A stretch of 11,030 nt of DNA, from NCBI GenBank assembly GCA_034722435.1, contig JAYENX010000059.1, forward strand, positions 1 through 11,030, written 5' to 3'. Each line of letters starts with the position of its first letter. Positions within the stretch are counted from its first letter, which is position 1. Positions 1 to 6,264 of this stretch are shown in pieces. The translations under genes and the position numbers were made by a program. The notes under the pieces were generated by a model. The model searched no databases. It had not been told where the DNA came from and was given only the letters and a program-made list of their open reading frames with translations. Origin of the DNA: Nanobdellota archaeon. GTDB lineage: Archaea; Nanobdellota; Nanobdellia; Woesearchaeales; JAHWHD01.

Positions 1-28
1 GAATGAATATAATGAATTGGTGAAATAA
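1..28 (+). CDS. Possible 3' end of an upstream gene (...NEYNELVK*), truncated by the window edge
   Basis: Frame starting at base 2 reads aat gaa tat aat gaa ttg gtg aaa taa and is followed by an AT-rich intergenic stretch. Too short to verify. Confidence 0.3.
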
Positions 29-43
29 ATAATAGGCATTATT

Positions 44-55
44 AAAGTTTAAATA
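44..55 (+). promoter_or_regulatory. Putative archaeal TATA box upstream of the methyltransferase gene
   Basis: AAAGTTTAAATA (TTTAAATA at 48-55) lies about 40 nt upstream of ATG 94. The region is very AT-rich, so a chance match is possible. Confidence 0.35.
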
Positions 56-93
56 AATAATTAATAAAGATAAATAATTATGAGTAGTGAACC

Positions 94-942
94 ATGAAAA
101 TATATAATAAAGAGATAAATGAAGAGAACCTTGTTCAGTTATTGCACAAGATTAAGAATAAACCTATTGTGTATGTAGATGATTCTTTTCTACTTAAGCA
201 TGTGAAGTCGTATATTGAACAGAATGTTGCTTGTATTGATTTGATTAATAATGGGAATGTGAAAAATAAAAAGATTAAAGATCTTATCAAGCACGTGCGT
301 GCTAAAGTTAGAAAAGTGTACGGTCTTTTCCAGGATGATAGGATTCAGAAACGTGATTCTTTACTTGATGATTATGAGATGAATAAAAAACGCGAGTCGG
401 TAGTTAAGATATTGCAGTTGCACCTATCAACAAAAGAACGGATAAGTTATATGGAGGAGTTGTATGATAAAATATTTTCTGTAACTGGAAAGCCTAAGTC
501 TGTTTTAGATTTAGGAGCAGGTCTTAACCCTCTTACATATCCTTGGATGAATATAAATTCGAAATATTATGCGGTAGAGTTTAACAAAGGTGATGTAGAT
601 TTTATTAATCGTTTTTTTAAGATTGAGAAAATTAAAGGAGAGGCTGTGAAGTTTGATCTCCTTATAGAGTATAGTGAAATTAAGAAGTATAAGGTTGATA
701 TATGTTTTCTCTTTAAAGTATTGGACTCTCTGGAAAGAGTTCAGAGGTATATATCGTATGAGATTATGAGGGCTGTAGATGCTAAGTTTATAGTAGTAAG
801 TTTTCCTCTTCGGACTGTGACTGGAAGGACAATGAGGCAGGAGCAAAGAAATTGGTTTGAGAAGTTATTGGAGAGGCTTGATTTTAAATACGAAACTTTT
901 TCTTTTAAGAATGAAATATTTTATGTTTGTAGTAATAAGTAA
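94..942 (+). CDS. 16S rRNA (guanine(1405)-N7)-methyltransferase, FmrO/ArmA/RmtB/Sgm (aminoglycoside-resistance methyltransferase) family
   Basis: Family motifs appear in the right order: HLSTKERI (H-x-S-T-x-E-R), LYDKIF, SVLDLGAGLNPL (SAM-binding motif I; RmtB has VLDIACGLNPL), DICFLFKVLDSLE (D-x-x-L-x-F-K-x-L-x-x-L-E), VVSFPLRTVTGR (VSFPTRSLGGR), NWFE, and C-terminal NEIFYV (ELIY). Length of 282 aa fits the family. Confidence 0.88.
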   Translation: MKIYNKEINEENLVQLLHKIKNKPIVYVDDSFLLKHVKSYIEQNVACIDLINNGNVKNKKIKDLIKHVRAKVRKVYGLFQDDRIQKRDSLLDDYEMNKKRESVVKILQLHLSTKERISYMEELYDKIFSVTGKPKSVLDLGAGLNPLTYPWMNINSKYYAVEFNKGDVDFINRFFKIEKIKGEAVKFDLLIEYSEIKKYKVDICFLFKVLDSLERVQRYISYEIMRAVDAKFIVVSFPLRTVTGRTMRQEQRNWFEKLLERLDFKYETFSFKNEIFYVCSNK

Positions 943-943
943 A

Positions 944-951
944 TTATATAA
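944..951 (+). promoter_or_regulatory. Putative archaeal TATA box for a leaderless transcript of the sigma-70-like gene
   Basis: TTATATAA lies 25-32 nt upstream of ATG 976 in a 33-nt intergenic gap. There is no Shine-Dalgarno sequence before the ATG (TTTTTATTT-ATG). Confidence 0.45.
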
Positions 952-975
952 ATAAGTTTCTTTCGATTTTTATTT

Positions 976-3456
976 ATGGTATCTCCAAGGGCTTATGCTG
1001 AGCCTGTGAGTGGTAGAAAATACGTTCCTATGATTGATTTAGTAAAAATGCTAGATGAGCATTCAACTTCTATAGCAACTATTTGTGATGATTCTGATGT
1101 TGTTATTTATAAACAACCTGGTAGGAGGGATAGGTTAGTTGATGACGTGGATGTTTCTCGAGTTTCGTCTTTAGTGCAAAAAAGGCAGGAGATGAGGGAT
1201 AAATATGTCTCTGTTACAAAGATTGCAAAGGATAGAGGTAGGGATTTAAAGTATGTGAAACGTCTATGTAAAGATGCAAAGGTTGAAATTAAACGGTTAG
1301 GTAAGGGTAATTCTGTTAAGTATGGTTATGTTGCAAATTCTGATATTTCAAAATTAGATGCAGTTGAAGATGAAAGGGTGAAGATTGATAGGGGCTTTCA
1401 ATCATTATTTTATGTAGCTGATCAGTTAAATGTTGATCATAAAACATTAAGGCGAAAGTGTGTTAAAAATAGTATAGAAATACATAAGTTTAATGTTAAG
1501 TCTGGAGATTATATTTCTAATGGTGATGTGTGCGCTTTAGGTGGTGCTAATGTTGTGCATGAAAATATGCGGACGGGGTCAAGGTTTTTTGGGAAGTCTT
1601 CTTATAGTTATAAAATGTTAGGTTATCAAACTTTGAATTCTTTGGTGAGATCTTGGGGTGCAGTGTTTAATGTTTTGAAAAGTTATCTTGGACCTCTTAA
1701 TATTGATTTTAAGCAGAAAGGGAAAGTTTTGTATATTTCTGATAGACGGGTTGAAGATTTGCGTAAGTTGCATGATAAAGAAGAGAGAATAAAAAAAACG
1801 TGTAGGTCTTACGATTCTTTGGCTGTTGAATTGGGTTTGGGTAGGAAGAAAATAGTTAATCATTCTAAAAAATTTAATCTTAAAATTGAGAAGCTTGTAA
1901 ATGGGCGTGAGTTTTTAACGCCTGAATCTGTTTCTGCTCTTAAATTCTTTTTCAATGATTTGATGATATTTAATTCTCTTGCTGATGAGTTTGGGACTCA
2001 TTATAATTCTCTTGAAAATATTTGTGGCTTGGCAGGGATACCTGTGTTTAGTATTAAAAACTTTAAAGGAAGTTACATTTTAAAATCGCATGCTGATTTG
2101 TTAAGACAGTCTTGGGTTCCTTGTAAAGGTAATAAGGCTGGTTTTTTACAGGATGCTGCTAGTAGAGTTCTTTGTTTGGATTCTATTGTCGATTATGATG
2201 ATTTTTATTTTGATGAACTCAAGAGTCTTTACAGAAAAGAGTTTGATGTTGAAGCTCTGGCTGTCCCTGTTACGCCTGTTTTCGAGTTCGTTACGTCCGA
2301 GGTTGAATCTGAAGTTAGAAAGAAAAGGGTTGAATCAAGTGAAGTTAAATTATGTAAAATAGTTCAATCTAAAAAGTTGAGGGATGTTAATTTAGATATT
2401 GAATCTGTTGAAGAAGAAAAGAGGCTGGTGTTACGTTCTAAAGATTTGAATAAAAAAAGTCGAAGGTCTGTGAAAAGGAAGGGTTCTTCAAAGAAAAGGA
2501 ATTCAAAGAAACGGTTGAAAGAATTAAAAAGACCTGTAGAGCGTCCTGATTATAATCGGGCTTTTGATGTTAAAGCGAGAAATTTTGTTACAAGGTCATA
2601 TGTTGCGGATGTTAGAAAACAGAAGATTCCTACAATTGAAGAAGAACGAAATTTGGCAATGGCAGTTAAAGTTAAAGGTTCAGAAAGTGAAGAAGGGAAA
2701 AAGCTTGTGAGTTCAAATACTCCTTTTGCGATGAATATCGCGAGTCAGTTTTTTAGAAAGTTCAGACTTAATACGAATACTAAAGAGCATGCAACATATA
2801 CTTTGATGGATCTTGTTCAGGAGGCTAATATTGGTCTTTTGAATGCTGTGCCTAAATTTGATAGGGGTAAAGGAGTGAAGTTTGTTACATACGCGAAATG
2901 GTGGATAAATAAGAGATTGATTGCATATGGGGCTGAACATTATGATGTTATACGTCTTCCTAAGCGTAAGGGTGTTGAGGTGGTTAGGCTTGAGAATGCT
3001 GTTCGAAAGTTAAGAGCGCAAGGTGAAGTGGTAACTGAAGAAGTTCTTTCTGTATCTATGGGGATGCATAAGGATGAAGTGAAGGATTTGATGAAAGCTT
3101 CTAGAGCGAGAAAGTTGAAGTCTTTAGATTGTTTGGTTAAGAAAGGTGATTTTAAGTCTGCCACTTTTGGGGATACGATTCCTGATGAATCAATGAATGT
3201 TTATGATGTTGTTGAGGGGAAGAATAAGAATGAAGCTCTATTGAAAGTAGTTGAAAGTTTAGGTAATAAAAAACAGGAACTTGTAATGAGATTAAAATGG
3301 GGTCTTGATGATGGTATAATTAAAACTTTGCAGGAAGTAGGTGATGTGATGGGACTTACAAGAGAACGTATCAGGCAGATAGAGGTTGAAGCGCTTAAAA
3401 AACTTAGGCATCCGTCAAGAGTTCGTGGTTTAAGAGATTTTTATGAATCAGAGTGA
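976..3456 (+). CDS. RpoD-like sigma-70 family protein with a long N-terminal extension of tandem HTH-like repeats
   Basis: aa ~540-826 align by eye with RpoD. Region 1.2: RSYVADVRKQKIPTIEEERNLA. Region 2: LVSSN..., MDLVQEANIGLLNAVPKFDRGKGVKFVTYAKWWI...IRLP. Region 3: TEEVLSVSMGM...SLD...FGDTIPD. Region 4: RLKWGLDDGIIKTLQEVGDVMGLTRERIRQIEVEALKKLRHPSR. aa 16-380 contain about six degenerate 50-55-aa repeats. Confidence 0.9.
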   Translation: MVSPRAYAEPVSGRKYVPMIDLVKMLDEHSTSIATICDDSDVVIYKQPGRRDRLVDDVDVSRVSSLVQKRQEMRDKYVSVTKIAKDRGRDLKYVKRLCKDAKVEIKRLGKGNSVKYGYVANSDISKLDAVEDERVKIDRGFQSLFYVADQLNVDHKTLRRKCVKNSIEIHKFNVKSGDYISNGDVCALGGANVVHENMRTGSRFFGKSSYSYKMLGYQTLNSLVRSWGAVFNVLKSYLGPLNIDFKQKGKVLYISDRRVEDLRKLHDKEERIKKTCRSYDSLAVELGLGRKKIVNHSKKFNLKIEKLVNGREFLTPESVSALKFFFNDLMIFNSLADEFGTHYNSLENICGLAGIPVFSIKNFKGSYILKSHADLLRQSWVPCKGNKAGFLQDAASRVLCLDSIVDYDDFYFDELKSLYRKEFDVEALAVPVTPVFEFVTSEVESEVRKKRVESSEVKLCKIVQSKKLRDVNLDIESVEEEKRLVLRSKDLNKKSRRSVKRKGSSKKRNSKKRLKELKRPVERPDYNRAFDVKARNFVTRSYVADVRKQKIPTIEEERNLAMAVKVKGSESEEGKKLVSSNTPFAMNIASQFFRKFRLNTNTKEHATYTLMDLVQEANIGLLNAVPKFDRGKGVKFVTYAKWWINKRLIAYGAEHYDVIRLPKRKGVEVVRLENAVRKLRAQGEVVTEEVLSVSMGMHKDEVKDLMKASRARKLKSLDCLVKKGDFKSATFGDTIPDESMNVYDVVEGKNKNEALLKVVESLGNKKQELVMRLKWGLDDGIIKTLQEVGDVMGLTRERIRQIEVEALKKLRHPSRVRGLRDFYESE
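1021..2115 (+). repeat. About six degenerate protein-level repeats resembling MerR/excisionase-type winged HTH units
   Basis: Units begin at aa 16 (YVPMIDLVKMLDEHSTSIATICDDSDVVIYK), 77 (YVSVTKIAKDRGRDLKYVKRLCKDAKVEIKR), 141 (FQSLFYVADQLNVDHKTLRRKCVKNSIEIHK), 217 (YQTLNSLVRSWGAVFNVLKSYLGPLNIDFKQ), 276 (CRSYDSLAVELGLGRKKIVNHSKKFNLKIEK) and 329 (LMIFNSLADEFGTHYNSLENICGLAGIPVFS). Each is followed by a beta-hairpin-like Y/F-I/L-x-x-x-D/E-V-x-x-L segment. No nucleotide-level repeat is visible. Confidence 0.65.
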
Positions 3457-5139
3457 TTTGACCATGTATGGTCCTTGTTTTTTGTAGCCGTGTTTTTCCC
3501 GGTAATATCCTCTTACTCCGACACCTGAGATAATTACCATCTTTTTCTTTTTATTATCTTTGGCAATCTGTTCAGCCACTCTCAAGAGTTTTTTACCATA
3601 ACCTTTATGTTGGGTGGTGCCTGTTTTTCCTAGAGATGTAGCGATTCCGTAAACGTGAAGTTCTCTTATTAATGCGGAATCTTTTGTAATTTCTGGTCTT
3701 AATGATTGTGATGGAAAACGTAGTCTGCAGAAACCTAGCAGAATATCTTGCTCAGAGTCTTCAGCTGAGATAAAAAATTCTATCCCGTCAGAAGCTTCGT
3801 ATGGTTGAATCTTTATGTTAATATTTTTAGCAAGCTTTTTTTCTCTTCTATATACGTGCCCGGCTTCTCTGCAACGTATGCAACGACATTTAATGTCTAA
3901 AGCTTTACATTCTTTTTCAACATATTGTCTTAGATTAGTTCTGTCAACACCAGCTTCAGTTGCGTAGGTCGGGATATCGCGTTGGACGCGCATGATTCTT
4001 ACATATTCGGGTACGTGTTGTTTCATTTTTGCAATAAGCTTTGCACCTAAACTTGTTGTTAATGGGTTGAACCCTCCTTTTTTCCATAATGAATAAAGTT
4101 TAGATTGTTTAACTACCATGCACGGATATAGTTTTAGCATGTCAGGTTTGAAATCTTGTGATGTGAATAATTTTTTGAAACCTTCTAAATCTTTTTTTGG
4201 TGATGAACTTGGAAGGCCTAACATGTAATGTGCGTTTATTTTGAAACATAGATCTTTTAAAGTTTTGATTGCATCAATAGTTTGTTTAACTGAATGTCCT
4301 CTTTTAATTTGTGTTAAAACATCGTCGTATACTGATTGAACGCCTAATTCTACTCTTGTACAACCAAGTTTTAACATTTGGTTAGCTTCTTTTAAAGTTG
4401 CATAATCTGGGCGAGTTTCAATTGTCATACCAATGCAACGGACTTTTGCTTTTTCGTTTTTTCTTTGTTCAATTTCTAAAGAAGTTTTGTTTTTGGTTTT
4501 TAGTTTTCTTAGTTTTGATTGGATTGATTTTGTTCTTTTAGGGTTTCCGATTTCGCCAGGGAGTTCAAAGAATTTTTTGAATTTTGTTATATTTATTTTT
4601 CCTTTAGAGAAAAACATTGAAGAGAAATCGTTCATTGCTTTGAAACAAAGAGTTACAAATTTGTTTTGGTAAGATGTAGGGAATGCAGGGAATGTACCTC
4701 CCATTATTATTAGTTCAACTTTTTCAGGGACGTGCGCTGTTACTACGTATTGTTCCAGACGGTTAAATATTTGAAGATAGGGGTCGAAGTTGTTTCTTAT
4801 ACCTCTCATCGTGGCAGGTTCTTTACCTGTATAAGATTGTGGAACATTCTTTTTTGTCATTGAAGGGCACATGATGCAAGCGCCGTGTGGACATTTTTGT
4901 GGTTTTGACATTAAAGCTATAGGTGTAACTCCTGATATGGATCTTGTAGGTTTTGTTTGTAGATGTTTAAGCTTATCAAGATCAGTAGGTTTTGCGTGTA
5001 AAAGAATTTCAATATCTGTAGGAATTTTTTTAACTTTAAATTGTTTGCATAACTTTAGTTTAAGTTTTGCAATTTCATCTTTTGAAATTTTCTTTCTTTT
5101 CAGTATGGTAATCAATTCTTTGTAAAATTCTTTTGTCAT
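3448..5139 (-). CDS. elp3: Elp3 tRNA wobble-uridine (U34) carboxymethyltransferase, radical SAM plus GNAT/KAT domains
   Basis: CPHGACIMCP Fe-S motif, QSYTGKEPA, GGTFP, IETRPD, ELGVQS, RGH, HYMLGLP, PDMLKLYP, RVQRDIP, CRCIRCRE, RLRFP, RELHVYG, QHKGYGKKLL, ISGVGVRGYY. Full length at 563 aa. Confidence 0.97.
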   Translation of the reverse strand: MTKEFYKELITILKRKKISKDEIAKLKLKLCKQFKVKKIPTDIEILLHAKPTDLDKLKHLQTKPTRSISGVTPIALMSKPQKCPHGACIMCPSMTKKNVPQSYTGKEPATMRGIRNNFDPYLQIFNRLEQYVVTAHVPEKVELIIMGGTFPAFPTSYQNKFVTLCFKAMNDFSSMFFSKGKINITKFKKFFELPGEIGNPKRTKSIQSKLRKLKTKNKTSLEIEQRKNEKAKVRCIGMTIETRPDYATLKEANQMLKLGCTRVELGVQSVYDDVLTQIKRGHSVKQTIDAIKTLKDLCFKINAHYMLGLPSSSPKKDLEGFKKLFTSQDFKPDMLKLYPCMVVKQSKLYSLWKKGGFNPLTTSLGAKLIAKMKQHVPEYVRIMRVQRDIPTYATEAGVDRTNLRQYVEKECKALDIKCRCIRCREAGHVYRREKKLAKNINIKIQPYEASDGIEFFISAEDSEQDILLGFCRLRFPSQSLRPEITKDSALIRELHVYGIATSLGKTGTTQHKGYGKKLLRVAEQIAKDNKKKKMVIISGVGVRGYYREKHGYKKQGPYMVKSL

Positions 5140-5160
5140 GATGTTGATAAACTGTTCGGT

Positions 5161-5172
5161 ACTTTATAAAGT
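5161..5172 (-). promoter_or_regulatory. Palindromic TATA box (ACTTTATAAAGT), probably the elp3 promoter
   Basis: TTTATAAA core lies 24-31 nt upstream of the elp3 ATG (5139), the spacing expected for a leaderless archaeal transcript. The 12-mer is a perfect palindrome. Confidence 0.55.
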
Positions 5173-5198
5173 TTATTTATGTATGATTTAGGGAAATG

Positions 5199-5243
5199 TT
5201 TATATATTATAAACGCAGAAATTGCTTTAAAAGCTATATATAA
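5199..5243 (+). promoter_or_regulatory. Candidate TATA boxes for the pilin operon
   Basis: TTTATATA at 5199-5206 and TATATATAA at 5235-5243, upstream of the SD at 5272 and ATG 5285. The sequence alone cannot show which one is used. Confidence 0.35.
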
Positions 5244-5271
5244 TTATTATAGTAAGTTTATAGTAAAAAAA

Positions 5272-5277
5272 GGAGGT
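5272..5277 (+). promoter_or_regulatory. Shine-Dalgarno site for pilin 1
   Basis: GGAGGT, 7 nt before ATG 5285. Confidence 0.8.
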
Positions 5278-5284
5278 AGATAAG

Positions 5285-5749
5285 ATGAAAAGAGGTCAAG
5301 CAGCTTTAGAGTTCTTGATGACCTATGGTTGGGTAATTCTAATTGTAATCATTGTCATTGGAGCTTTAGCAGCGTTCGGAGTTTTTGATGTAGGAAGACT
5401 GATTCAGGATAAGTGTTTGTTACCTACTAGTTTGAGTTGTGACGAGTCAGGATATAGTACTGCTGATAGTGGTACGATTAGTTTGGTTTTGTTGAACAGT
5501 TTTGGTAGAGATGTAGAAATATCTGAGCTTACGTTTACAGATAAAGATAGTGATCAGGTATGTACTGAAACTTTTGCAACACCTGTAAAGATTTTAAATC
5601 AGAGGAAAGAACTTATTAATGTGACGAGTTGTAATTTAGCATCTAAATCTGGTAAGTATAGGATGGATATAGATCTTACTTACAAGTTTACAGATGGTCA
5701 GTTAACTAAGGTCTTGAAAGGAGATTTAACTTTGACAGTAGCTGAGTAA
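5285..5749 (+). CDS. Archaeal type IV pilin-like protein 1 (class III signal peptide)
   Basis: MKRG|QAALEFLMTYGWVILIVIIVIGAL: basic leader, G/Q cleavage site, Glu at +5, hydrophobic helix. The ALEFLMTYGW motif is typical of DPANN/euryarchaeal pilins. A Cys pair follows (C...LSC). Confidence 0.88.
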   Translation: MKRGQAALEFLMTYGWVILIVIIVIGALAAFGVFDVGRLIQDKCLLPTSLSCDESGYSTADSGTISLVLLNSFGRDVEISELTFTDKDSDQVCTETFATPVKILNQRKELINVTSCNLASKSGKYRMDIDLTYKFTDGQLTKVLKGDLTLTVAE

Positions 5750-5751
5750 AT

Positions 5752-5779
5752 TATTTTTTATTTTTTTATTTGTTTTTTT
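5752..5779 (+). terminator. Oligo-T tract, possible archaeal intrinsic terminator after pilin 1
   Basis: TTATTTTTTATTTTTTTATTTGTTTTTT immediately follows TAA 5749. Archaeal terminators are oligo-U runs without a required hairpin. Confidence 0.45.
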
Positions 5780-5811
5780 AATATAATATCGTGATATAAA
5801 GGTTTTAAATT

Positions 5812-6264
5812 ATGAAAAAGAGGGGTCAATTTTCATTAGAGTATTTGTTAGTGGTAGGTTTTGCACTAGTTATAATCATCCCTATAACGTATTGGGGGTA
5901 TACTTCTTTTCAAGAAAGTAGAGCTGAGATTAATGTTGCGGCAGTTAATAAGATAGGATATAGTATTGTTAATAATGCTAAAAATGTTTATTATCTTGGC
6001 AAACTTTCTAGGGTTACACTGGAACTTAACTTTCCTGAAGGTATAGAAAATATAACTGTGGTTACTGATGATCAGGTTGATGATTCAGGTGATCCGACCG
6101 GTGAAATATTATATTATTTAGAGATAGATGTTTTTGATTCTGAAATTTTGTTTAGGTCAGATGTACCATTATCTGGCGATTTTATCCCTGTTAATTATAA
6201 TCCGGGTATAAAGAATGTGAAGTTACAATATTTGACAACTGATGTGGAGATTGTGGTAACATGA
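5812..6264 (+). CDS. Archaeal type IV pilin-like protein 2 (class III signal peptide)
   Basis: MKKRG|QFSLEYLLVVGFALVIIIP: G/Q site, Glu at +5, hydrophobic helix. Confidence 0.85.
   Translation: MKKRGQFSLEYLLVVGFALVIIIPITYWGYTSFQESRAEINVAAVNKIGYSIVNNAKNVYYLGKLSRVTLELNFPEGIENITVVTDDQVDDSGDPTGEILYYLEIDVFDSEILFRSDVPLSGDFIPVNYNPGIKNVKLQYLTTDVEIVVT

Noticed and set aside
80-97. Mini-ORF MSSEP* overlapping the methyltransferase start, considered as a leader peptide like those of inducible resistance methylases
   Set aside because: Only five codons, with no attenuator hairpins visible. Expected by chance.
511-846. Minus-strand ORF of 111 aa
   Set aside because: Antisense shadow of the methyltransferase with no recognisable motifs.
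1618-3164. Short ORFs 1618-1863 (-), 2153-2362 (+), 2713-2940 (-), 2940-3164 (-)
   Set aside because: All lie inside the well-supported sigma ORF and have no start signals or motifs.
4433-5125. Plus-strand ORFs 4433-4672 and 4871-5125
   Set aside because: Antisense shadows of Lys-rich elp3. The apparent Phe-rich hydrophobicity is just the complement of AAA codons.
5144-5170. Bacterial-like -35/-10 pair TTGATA-N15-TATAAA as a target promoter for the sigma-like protein
   Set aside because: Suboptimal 15-nt spacer, and such matches are common in DNA this AT-rich. The same bases are better explained as the elp3 TATA box.
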